Virus record (IMG/VR): IMGVR_UViG_3300025849_000009
DNA: 64,000 bases
Reading direction: 5' to 3' (one strand)
Origin: a virus
Shown here: in pieces, positions 46,601 through 55,195 of the stretch
Numbering within the stretch: the first letter of the stretch is position 1
How the letters are laid out: each line of letters opens with the position of its first letter
Translations under genes and position numbers: made by a program
The notes under the pieces: model-generated
Told to the model about the DNA's origin: nothing
What the model saw: only the letters and a program-made list of their open reading frames with translations
Database searches by the model: none

Positions 46601-47038
46601 ATGCCTTATATTACAAAAGAACAAGTTAAAGCCAAAAGGAAAGCTCTTAAAGAAGCTCTTCCTGAGTACAAATTATCTATTACTACTGAACACTATAGTG
46701 GTATTAAAGTAGCGATCATGCGAGGTCCGAGTATGCTCCATGGCTCTACTTATGAGCAACTGAATCCTTATATAGATTATAGAGAAGAGAGATGGGATAG
46801 AGATCTTGAAGATCATGTTTCTTATCCTGAGATTGCTGATCTGATGGAGGTTATTATGCCTATATTGAATGATGGTATTGGTGAAGGCTTCGAAGACTCT
46901 GATTATGGTCATGTACCTGATTATTATACTTGGGTCCATATTGGTAAATGGGACAAACCTTATGTTTGTACTAAAATTGCAGGTGTAGACTTTAGTGAAT
47001 CCCTTGATCAATTAGATAATTTAACTATATTTGCGTAA
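46601..47038 (+). CDS. LPD29-like protein
   Basis: RKALK..LP.YKLSI.....S.I.V....GP pattern. Confidence 0.6.
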   Translation: MPYITKEQVKAKRKALKEALPEYKLSITTEHYSGIKVAIMRGPSMLHGSTYEQLNPYIDYREERWDRDLEDHVSYPEIADLMEVIMPILNDGIGEGFEDSDYGHVPDYYTWVHIGKWDKPYVCTKIAGVDFSESLDQLDNLTIFA

Positions 47039-47063
47039 TTGTTCGTAACTTTTACGCCCACAA

Positions 47064-47122
47064 TTTTTTATTGTCAACTATTTGTGGTATATTAGTAGTA
47101 TACTAATGGAGGTTACTCCTCC
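47064..47122 (+). promoter_or_regulatory. Class I promoter plus 5' leader hairpin
   Basis: Motif then GGAGG-TTACT-CCTCC. Confidence 0.8.
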
Positions 47123-47139
47123 TCTTAAAAACGATAATT

Positions 47140-47436
47140 ATGAGCATCAACAAAATTTTAGTCCATACACAGTATTATGAGAATTACGCACACTATGAAG
47201 GTGGTGAACACTGGAAACCTAAAGGTGGTCATAGCTTTATGATTGAGATGGATGCGGATCTTCTTTTGTATACTGATCCTGCTGAGGTTTTTGGTAAAAT
47301 GGTAGAGTCTCATAGTAATGATGTTGCACGTTACAAATACATCGAGTATGAGATAGTATGGCAAGAGCCTATGGTCCTTGGAACGCAAGCTGACTATATC
47401 AAAATTAATTCGGAATTAAATCCAGAATTAGCGTAA
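47140..47436 (+). CDS. Hypothetical early phage protein
   Basis: TQY.ENY...HWKPKGG motif. Confidence 0.85.
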   Translation: MSINKILVHTQYYENYAHYEGGEHWKPKGGHSFMIEMDADLLLYTDPAEVFGKMVESHSNDVARYKYIEYEIVWQEPMVLGTQADYIKINSELNPELA

Positions 47437-47489
47437 TTTGCGTGAAACTTTTTTAAATTTAAATATATAATAATAAACACAGAACTTCT

Positions 47490-48638
47490 ATGTCAATAAC
47501 AACACTTTCCTCAACAGCAATTCAAAACCGTAAAGCCGAAACGCTTAACTCACAGTCTATTCGTAAGACTATTGCGGTTCGTGAAATCAATCTAATTGAT
47601 GACACCACTATTGAATATAATGGTAAACGCCTTGAAATTACTAAAGATGCTTTTAAGTCTCTTATGAAATTGATTGGTATGTCTGCCACTTTTGCTAAAA
47701 AATTCGAATCTCTATTTAATGCAGAGACCAAAGCTAAATTTGTCAATCAGATGAAAAATGCTATGGCAGCTCAATTGAATGAGATTACTATTATCCTATC
47801 ACCTACTACTAAGAAAGTGGTTGGATTTAGTAAACAAGCAACAGACCTCATCTCTCATGAAAGGTTTATCGGTCTTGCTGATCAGGTAATTGATCAACAT
47901 GGCTTTGAAGTTACCAATTGGGGTATAGATGCCAACACTGGATCTGTTACTATGAATGTATTTAATCCTAAGGCTCAATTTGATCTTGGTGGTCTTGGTC
48001 TCTCTGATGAGGTCTTTACTGCAGGTCTTACTATGAAGAACTCACCATTTGGTGGTATTCAAGTTATGCCTTATGTAAATCGTATGTGGTGTACTAATGG
48101 TCTTACTACTGGTTTGGCTCAAGAAACTTATTCTCTTAAGAACCTCAACCCTGAGTCTATGGAGAACTTTCACCAACATATGAGTCAATTGCGTAAGAAT
48201 GGATTTGTACCTACTGATTTTGCTAATACAGTTAAGTTGGCTGCAGAAACTCCAGCTTCTCTATGGGAAATGGAACGAGCACACAACATTGTTAAGCGTG
48301 CAGCAGGTGATGCAGCTGACTCTTGGATCCCATTGAATGACAATCGTGCAGCATACACTAAGATGAATATGAATCCTACGGATTTCTCTTCAGCTCAGAA
48401 AAAGAATGCACGTACTGACCAATCAATTTGGTCACTTGTAAATGGTGTAACACACTGCGCTACCCACGCTCCTGAAAACTTAGTCTTCAATATGACAGAT
48501 AGAGAATCTACAGAGATGATGGTCCAAGCCGGTAACATTTTAGGTAAGCAGTTTGATCTTGGTAATCAAATGGCTTCACCCTTTGCAGAAAATGCACACT
48601 TAGATGCTAACGCTCAAGTAGGTGCACTATTAAACTAA
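47490..48638 (+). CDS. DUF932-like protein
   Basis: GL...NS..G.......R.WC.NG signature; SIW.LVN.VT. Confidence 0.65.
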   Translation: MSITTLSSTAIQNRKAETLNSQSIRKTIAVREINLIDDTTIEYNGKRLEITKDAFKSLMKLIGMSATFAKKFESLFNAETKAKFVNQMKNAMAAQLNEITIILSPTTKKVVGFSKQATDLISHERFIGLADQVIDQHGFEVTNWGIDANTGSVTMNVFNPKAQFDLGGLGLSDEVFTAGLTMKNSPFGGIQVMPYVNRMWCTNGLTTGLAQETYSLKNLNPESMENFHQHMSQLRKNGFVPTDFANTVKLAAETPASLWEMERAHNIVKRAAGDAADSWIPLNDNRAAYTKMNMNPTDFSSAQKKNARTDQSIWSLVNGVTHCATHAPENLVFNMTDRESTEMMVQAGNILGKQFDLGNQMASPFAENAHLDANAQVGALLN

Positions 48639-48803
48639 TTGGAAACTAGGAACCAAGATCACGGACAATCGAAACCGTATCAGGAGCCGTTGAGGTTCCT
48701 AGCCAATTGCTTATGAAAAAGCTAATTTACAGGGAGTATGATCAGAGCATCAAGTTAACTGCAGTATACCACTGAGTCAGACTCAAGATCTAAGTCCCTT
48801 CCC

Positions 48804-48833
48804 AGCCAGTCTCTCTTAGAGGCTGGCTTTTTT
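48804..48833 (+). terminator. Intrinsic terminator
   Basis: AGCCAGTCTCT-CTT-AGAGGCTGGCT followed by T run. Confidence 0.85.
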
Positions 48834-48885
48834 ATGTCCAACGGCTGCCTTTGGTGAAAATAAATTGAAAATAAACGCTAAATAA

Positions 48886-48944
48886 TTTTTTATTGTCAAT
48901 TATTTGTGGTATATTAGTAGTATACTAATGGAGGTTACTCCTCC
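48886..48944 (+). promoter_or_regulatory. Class I promoter plus 5' leader hairpin
   Basis: Motif then GGAGG-TTACT-CCTCC. Confidence 0.8.
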
Positions 48945-48959
48945 TCTTAAATTAAAATT

Positions 48960-49154
48960 ATGAAAGTTATATTAGATCTTAAATTCTTTATTCCTGCTAT
49001 CTTAGCCTTCGTAGTGGCTTATATGACCATTACATCAACTATCGATTCCTATATCCATTTTGCGGGTGAGGCCAATGCTGCAGGTTTCTTTTTCATGAGC
49101 TTGTTCTTAGGTGTTATCTGTAGCGTGTGTTCATTTGAAAAAGTAAAGAAATAA
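48960..49154 (+). CDS. Small two-TM membrane protein
   Basis: 64 aa, after a class I promoter. Confidence 0.8.
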   Translation: MKVILDLKFFIPAILAFVVAYMTITSTIDSYIHFAGEANAAGFFFMSLFLGVICSVCSFEKVKK

Positions 49155-49186
49155 TTGTTCGTAACTTTGTCAGCCCAGATTTTGGG

Positions 49187-49218
49187 TTGTCAATTATTTC
49201 ACGTATATTAGTAGTATA
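49187..49218 (+). promoter_or_regulatory. Class I promoter variant
   Basis: TTGTCA...GTATATTAGTAGTATA with the same upstream CAGCCCAGATTTTGGGTTG as 45862. Confidence 0.75.
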
Positions 49219-49240
49219 ATTAAAAGTCAAAAGTCAAAAT

Positions 49241-50329
49241 ATGTCAAAAACACAATTTACATTTAAAAAGCAAAAGGGTGGAGCATTCGAGCTCTATGCA
49301 CCTTCAACTAAAGAAACTATAATTGCCCGTGCTGATCACCCTAAATACGGTTGGTTAACCGGTCAAGAAGCTGGTCGAGTTATCAATGTCTATACAGATG
49401 GTAAGATGACCTCATCTAAGGATTATACCGGTCTATACAAATCAGTGCCCTCTAAAAAGTCGGCTAAACTTAAGATCAATCTAACTAAGTTGGATAATCT
49501 TAAATTCTCTGATGATCTGTTCGTCCCTCTAAAGACTGATACTGCAATTGACACATTCCTAAGTAATGATGGTGGCTACATGCCTGGTTCTAATATCATG
49601 GCAGCAGGTGCACCAGGTGTTGGTAAAACTACTGTTCTTCTAGAGACACTATACTCAGTTCAAAAATCTGATCCTACTAAAAAGGTTCTCTTTATCTCGG
49701 CTGAAATGAATCAGCTAGATATGGCGCGTTACCTAAAACGTTTTCCACACTGGGGTCAGCTACCAATTCTCTTCTTGAGTGACTATGTAGATGAGAATCC
49801 TCAAGCAGTAATCGAGCAGACCCTAGCACAAGGTTGGGACTTAGTCTTGACTGACTCCTACACTGAGGTCAATGACACTATTAAAGAGGCTTGTAACATG
49901 ACTAGAGGTAAGACCGAAAAGTGGTTCCTAGACATGATGATCGCCAACAACCAAGGTAAAAACAAACGTAAAGTTTACACTACCTTTATCACTATCCTGC
50001 AGTTATCTAAGGGTGGTACATTCGTCGGCTCTAACAAACTGAAACACATGACCACTGCCATGCTAGAACTACAATGGAAAGGATCTGAGAACTCAGCTGA
50101 AAGGTATATGGAATTCTCTAAGAACCGTCTAGGAGGAGTAGGCAACAAGTTATTCTTTGACTTTACTAACGGAGTCCAATTTGATACCACTAGGTATAAG
50201 AGAGATCTCTTGAACCAGGAGCTGATAGCTGAAGAAAAAGAAAAGTTAAAGCATGAAGAGGATGCGTTTGACCGCCTATTTGCAGCAGTTCCTAATGAAA
50301 GTGAGCTCGACCCGGCGGATGAAGCGTAA
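49241..50329 (+). CDS. RadA/Sms-like RecA-family ATPase
   Basis: GAPGVGKTT, FISAEM, LTDS, Q.SK.G..VG...LKHM, KNR.G. Confidence 0.8.
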   Translation: MSKTQFTFKKQKGGAFELYAPSTKETIIARADHPKYGWLTGQEAGRVINVYTDGKMTSSKDYTGLYKSVPSKKSAKLKINLTKLDNLKFSDDLFVPLKTDTAIDTFLSNDGGYMPGSNIMAAGAPGVGKTTVLLETLYSVQKSDPTKKVLFISAEMNQLDMARYLKRFPHWGQLPILFLSDYVDENPQAVIEQTLAQGWDLVLTDSYTEVNDTIKEACNMTRGKTEKWFLDMMIANNQGKNKRKVYTTFITILQLSKGGTFVGSNKLKHMTTAMLELQWKGSENSAERYMEFSKNRLGGVGNKLFFDFTNGVQFDTTRYKRDLLNQELIAEEKEKLKHEEDAFDRLFAAVPNESELDPADEA

Positions 50330-50630
50330 CTGGGCAGCCCAAACAGTATAACGAGTAACCCTGCCCGGCGGGTATCTGAAGTCCGGGTCTTTTAATTATA
50401 CATGGGAGACTTAGTATACCTCCACCCAACACCGGACCTGACTAGTCTGGTGTTCTGGGATGCTGTTAGGGGTATTCGGAGCTCTGGCGTGTGTGTATAT
50501 TCGCGCCCACGTTTAACTCATCTCTGGGAGCTCCTCATACTTAGTGAACGATCAATTTGCCTCTATATATCTGATCCCCTGGGGACTGACTAGAGCTTAG
50601 ATTAGCTTTAGGTGATGGGTTTGATAAAAT

Positions 50631-50668
50631 TTACCACTTTCTACCACTTTTTACCACTTTCTACCACC
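50631..50668 (+). repeat. 10-bp tandem repeat x4, (T/C)TACCACTTT
   Basis: TTACCACTTT CTACCACTTT TTACCACTTT CTACCACC. Confidence 0.85.
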
Positions 50669-50853
50669 CTTGAGGGTCGGATGCCCTTGGAGCGCTGCTG
50701 TGGTGGTTTACCACCGGTGTCTAGATCTGTTCCTTGCCCTTATAGAGACAAAGAGGTATATTATTGTAGGGATGGTTAGGTATACTGGTTCCATGGTATA
50801 GGTTTGATTGGTTTGGTTTCTAGTCTTTGTATAGATCGATTACTATTAATTGA

Positions 50854-51306
50854 TTAATCATGAAGCGTGCGAGTTTCAATTTGATCTGCTTGACGAAATG
50901 CTTCCAGTTCCCATGGTCTTTTGGCATATGGTGTTTGGAATCCATATTTCTGATCATGCCATTGCCAGTAGGTTGCGTGCATTTGCAGCTCCTGATTGGT
51001 CAACTGTTTTACATGTACCAATTCATGATGGATCACCTTCCACCAGTCTGTTATATGGAAACGATTTAGATGAATTATAAACCGGTTCTTGTCTATCTGA
51101 TATGTAAATCCTTTTAGATTTGGGTGTGAGTATCCAAAATGAAATAAGATCTTAACCTGTTCTCTTGGAATTGGTCTTTGAATACTGTCCTGTATATATT
51201 GAATATGTGTTTGGTGGAGCGTGAAAATTGGAGGTGTAAGAGGTGGTTTTGGCTGACTAAACCAGATGCCAATGATGACTACTATTACTCTAATTAGGTG
51301 CTCCAT
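50854..51306 (-). CDS. Membrane-anchored HExxH metallopeptidase-like protein
   Basis: N-terminal TM; HHELVH.KQ and PWE.EA. Confidence 0.7.
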   Translation of the reverse strand: MEHLIRVIVVIIGIWFSQPKPPLTPPIFTLHQTHIQYIQDSIQRPIPREQVKILFHFGYSHPNLKGFTYQIDKNRFIIHLNRFHITDWWKVIHHELVHVKQLTNQELQMHATYWQWHDQKYGFQTPYAKRPWELEAFRQADQIETRTLHD

Positions 51307-51466
51307 ATTTTATATATAGAAGTGATTTTATTTAGGCTTTCTCTTGTTCTTTTTCCAGAACTCGGAGCGCCAATCCCACCAGACCCCATCATCCATTCGT
51401 TTTAGGATTCTATTCATAATTAGATAGCCTAAAACCATGATTGACATCATCTTAATAAGTAACATG

Positions 51467-52351
51467 TTATTGGATATTGTAATCTTCTGGTGTTGTGGGT
51501 TTTGTCCATCTTCTAAGATCTCCGACCCAATCTTCTAATCTGTATGGATGTTCCCAATGTGGAGGTTGAGGTATTCTAATTCTTGGTACTCTTAATCTAT
51601 CACCTTCTCTGGCTTCTATCCACTTTGTTTTCTTTTTTAGTTTTTGAACCACTTTTAGTAGTGTTGTTTTATCCTCTGAATATAATGCCCATTCTAAATT
51701 AACTGGTAGTAATTCGTGGCGAGCGCATGCTAATGCAATGGCTTCTACTCTTGTAAATATTCTTGCTTGAGTTCCTGGTTCTACGACTGTAATTGCTTCT
51801 TCATTCTTGATTTGTCTTTCCCATATACCTAAAACTGTTGCGTATGGTCCATCAGTTATTTGTCCTGGTCCATATGCATTAAAGAAATAAAATATGTGAG
51901 TTTTCAGATCATTCCAAGTTTGGTGTTTTTTGATTAGTTCTACATTTTGTTTCTTAAGCCAACTGTATGGTGAGAGATTATGATCTTTTTGTCCTAAATG
52001 AGATGAAGATGCCGAGTATATTAATACCGCCTTATTTTTAATAGCTAATCTTATTATCTGACTTGTACCTTCCATACATGATGACTGTACTTTGTCGAAA
52101 TCTTCATAAGATTGATACACTCGAGAATACTCTCCAAAATGGTAGATAACATCAAATTTAAATCTTGATAATATACGCAGAGCATGTTGAGTTTGTCCCT
52201 CTACATATTGTACTCCTTCTACATGATTTGATTTTTGACCTGTAGAATAATCGTCTAATGAAACGATCTTTGCATGTGGTGTATTATTTAAAATACTTCT
52301 AATTAAATGTGTTCCTACAAACCCTGCACCTCCAGTTACTAATGTATACAT
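51467..52351 (-). CDS. NAD-dependent epimerase/dehydratase
   Basis: VTGGAGFVG, YSASSS, YxxxK, FNAYGP. Confidence 0.9.
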   Translation of the reverse strand: MYTLVTGGAGFVGTHLIRSILNNTPHAKIVSLDDYSTGQKSNHVEGVQYVEGQTQHALRILSRFKFDVIYHFGEYSRVYQSYEDFDKVQSSCMEGTSQIIRLAIKNKAVLIYSASSSHLGQKDHNLSPYSWLKKQNVELIKKHQTWNDLKTHIFYFFNAYGPGQITDGPYATVLGIWERQIKNEEAITVVEPGTQARIFTRVEAIALACARHELLPVNLEWALYSEDKTTLLKVVQKLKKKTKWIEAREGDRLRVPRIRIPQPPHWEHPYRLEDWVGDLRRWTKPTTPEDYNIQ

Positions 52352-52352
52352 A

Positions 52353-53129
52353 CTATGACAACCACTCGTAATATTCCCTCCATCCTTGTTTAATCAAGGT
52401 GAATTTGTTTGGATTTTTTATGTAGGTTAGATCAAATATTTTTTCATCACTACCCATAAATCCGCCTTCTAAACATGAGGCTACTGTTTTTTCAATCTCA
52501 CTTATATACCAATCTATTGTTTTAGATGGGCACACAAATGCAGTACCTTGTATGTTTCTAACTTGTGAAAAACTATGCCACTGAGGATCAGTAACTTCAA
52601 AAGGTACGTTATGACTAAACTTAATTATTTTATCTTCTAATCTTTTAATATTTGGCCAATTATCATTGACATCTACATTTTCTCTTATACCACCTGCATC
52701 TAACCATAATAAATGTGTAGCATCTGGACATAAATTCAAAGCTTCCTTCAAAAAGAATACTTTATTGAACATTATGATATTGTATAATGGATAATTCATT
52801 TCAGGTACATGATCAAAGTGTCTTTTCTCTTTAAATGATTCACTGTTCATTAATTCTGTTAATGGGTCATTCCATTTTTTATATGCTTCTAAATCTTCTG
52901 TTTCATTTATAACATATTTAGTTATTTTATTATCAGGATCTACAGAAGATCTCATTTCTCTAACTCTATCTTCAAATTCAGGTTGTGTAAAAATTACCAT
53001 CTCACATTTTAACTTTAATGTATTTGCCATCCAAGCTAAATATGTATGATATGACATTGAATAATCTTTCCATTCGGAACGACCAATGTCATATAGTGCT
53101 GTAATTATTAGTGGTTTTTTCATATCCAA
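52353..53129 (-). CDS. HtrL/YibB (WlaTC)-like glycosyltransferase
   Basis: ITALYDIGR..W, K..FL..A, WLDAG, GSDE. Confidence 0.75.
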   Translation of the reverse strand: MDMKKPLIITALYDIGRSEWKDYSMSYHTYLAWMANTLKLKCEMVIFTQPEFEDRVREMRSSVDPDNKITKYVINETEDLEAYKKWNDPLTELMNSESFKEKRHFDHVPEMNYPLYNIIMFNKVFFLKEALNLCPDATHLLWLDAGGIRENVDVNDNWPNIKRLEDKIIKFSHNVPFEVTDPQWHSFSQVRNIQGTAFVCPSKTIDWYISEIEKTVASCLEGGFMGSDEKIFDLTYIKNPNKFTLIKQGWREYYEWLS

Positions 53130-53668
53130 TCAAACATTTGTGTGTTTGTCTCGTTTTTAATTCTAGTTTTTAATTCAGATGCTTCTTGAACATATTTATC
53201 GGAATGTTGACCGTGCCACTCTACCCACATCTTTTTAATATTATTATTCCATCCTTCATCTAACATTTTAGTGATTATTGCATATTCTGCCCACTCAATA
53301 TCCATTTTAATATAAACCTCAACGTTTTCGAATTGTTTTAAAAATTCTATAAAGTTTATACATTCTACTAACATCTTAGAATGATAATCAATGTATTTTT
53401 TATCGCCAACAGGAGTAATATATGCACCTTGACTTAATCCATTATCACCAAACATTAAGAATTCGAAAGTACCTGTTTCGGTCCACACTCCTTTTTTGTG
53501 TAAAGTTACATCTAATCCTAGTGTATCCCAACACACGTTGTCTAAATTAGTATTAGGTTCAAATGCATGTACTTTCCATGAAGAATCAATATTTAATTCT
53601 TCTTTAAAATGTCTTAAACCTTCGCAATTATGAGTTCCTAAATCTAAAAACACTTTTTTTATATCCAT
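53120..53668 (-). CDS. FkbM-family SAM methyltransferase
   Basis: FLDLG, AFEPN, KMDIE.AEY, EWH. Confidence 0.85.
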   Translation of the reverse strand: MDIKKVFLDLGTHNCEGLRHFKEELNIDSSWKVHAFEPNTNLDNVCWDTLGLDVTLHKKGVWTETGTFEFLMFGDNGLSQGAYITPVGDKKYIDYHSKMLVECINFIEFLKQFENVEVYIKMDIEWAEYAIITKMLDEGWNNNIKKMWVEWHGQHSDKYVQEASELKTRIKNETNTQMFDWI

Positions 53669-54384
53669 GACCAATCTACTTTAATTTTTTTGTGTAGTAT
53701 ATGTATCTTATTTACATCAAAGTGATCTGACTTACTCTGATTATTAAAAATTGTATCTAATTTAAATCCATCCCTGTTCAATATAGTAGGTACAAATCCT
53801 TCTGAGTATCCATGTTGCTTGTTTATTAATAAATTAGACAAGTGTTTTAAGCTTTTATTTGAAAATCTAACTATTGGAAAGAATGATCCAAATAATTCAT
53901 CGCTTTTATCAATATTATCACCATCACCTGGAAATCTACTAAACCACGCAGTACTACTATGTGTATTTTTATCAATTTCAGGTATATTTGGTTGATTTTT
54001 CACATCCTTATTCTTAAAAAGATAATAAGAAATAAAATCCGCATCATTATTTTCAAATGCTTTAAAGAATTCTGACCAATTATCACAAATTACGTCATCA
54101 TCCATAAACCAATACCACTCTTCATTTGGATTTAGTATAAAATAATATGCCATTCTAAGATGTGCATAAAACCAAATGATATTTCTATTTCCTTGTGAGT
54201 TCCAAAAGTGTTTTTTACTAACATCACCTTTAAAATTAAAAACATCTCTTACTTTTTGCTCATCATACTCAATTCCAACAGGATATCTGTCAGATAAGAA
54301 TTCAAAATCAAAATCTACTGTCTTCCAATAAGAATCATATGATTTAAAAGTGTTAGCACATGTACAAACTATCTTTTTAGACAT
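53659..54384 (-). CDS. Putative GT-A glycosyltransferase
   Basis: YWFMDDDV, PIVRFS, E.FVPT; lies in a GT cluster. Confidence 0.6.
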   Translation of the reverse strand: MSKKIVCTCANTFKSYDSYWKTVDFDFEFLSDRYPVGIEYDEQKVRDVFNFKGDVSKKHFWNSQGNRNIIWFYAHLRMAYYFILNPNEEWYWFMDDDVICDNWSEFFKAFENNDADFISYYLFKNKDVKNQPNIPEIDKNTHSSTAWFSRFPGDGDNIDKSDELFGSFFPIVRFSNKSLKHLSNLLINKQHGYSEGFVPTILNRDGFKLDTIFNNQSKSDHFDVNKIHILHKKIKVDWSWI

Positions 54385-55195
54385 ATTTTTCTATTATTTT
54401 AACATCCCATTCAGGAATTCTATTATATTGATGTGCTATTTTATATAATTTATCATTAGAATCTACTAAATGATTACCTTTAAGAACAGGTAATCCATAT
54501 CTACTATTGATTAAATCACCTAAACCCCAATTTATATGTTGAAATGTTGGACCAGACAATGAACAATGTATTACCCACCCATCATTTGGTTTAAAAATCT
54601 TACAATTATCTATTTGGTTTTTATAAATTAGAATATTAAATGCTGCTTGATCTCTAATATCATGTCCATGTAATGCTCCATCAACTAATTTTTGTTGCAT
54701 TCTTAGTGTTTTTACTAGAGAATCTTTTTTACCTCCCATTACTCCACTACAAACAACTTCAAATGGTTTAATAAATTCATGATATTCCGGAAATGCTTTA
54801 TTCATAACATCCATATTCCATGGCTCTTCTCTATGGAATATACCTTCAGATGCTGCAAAAAAATCATAAGATTCAAAATCCATTAATTCAAATGGATCAC
54901 CTTGAAAACAAACATCAAAAACATCAGTAACCATAAAAACATCATAATCACTATTTTCTATCCAATTCGCTGTATGATTTAGTCTACTATCGTTAATTGT
55001 TAAGTTTTGATCAGTTTTTACCTCAAAATACTTAATATTATTAGTTTCTAATGACATTTTGTCATCTTCAGACATATCTGCTGCTATAAGAACTGCATCT
55101 CCGTTAGTTTGTTCTTCGAAACTATGAGCCCAAACTTTTATTTTATCAATATTTTTAGCAACATTGTTACTAACTCCAGTAAGTGCCTTTCTCAT
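54377..55195 (-). CDS. Putative GT-A glycosyltransferase
   Basis: TDVFDV.FQ.DPF, CSG..GG, DQAAFN, HQY.R. Confidence 0.7.
   Translation of the reverse strand: MRKALTGVSNNVAKNIDKIKVWAHSFEEQTNGDAVLIAADMSEDDKMSLETNNIKYFEVKTDQNLTINDSRLNHTANWIENSDYDVFMVTDVFDVCFQGDPFELMDFESYDFFAASEGIFHREEPWNMDVMNKAFPEYHEFIKPFEVVCSGVMGGKKDSLVKTLRMQQKLVDGALHGHDIRDQAAFNILIYKNQIDNCKIFKPNDGWVIHCSLSGPTFQHINWGLGDLINSRYGLPVLKGNHLVDSNDKLYKIAHQYNRIPEWDVKIIEKYV

Noticed and set aside
45303-49218. CRISPR array from the recurring ~40-bp motif
   Set aside because: Copies are separated by whole genes at irregular distances and sit upstream of starts; they are promoters. No cas genes seen.
50402-51080. Plus-strand ORFs 50402-50593, 50850-51080 and 50860-51069
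   Set aside because: No recognisable motifs; the last two are antisense to the HExxH gene.
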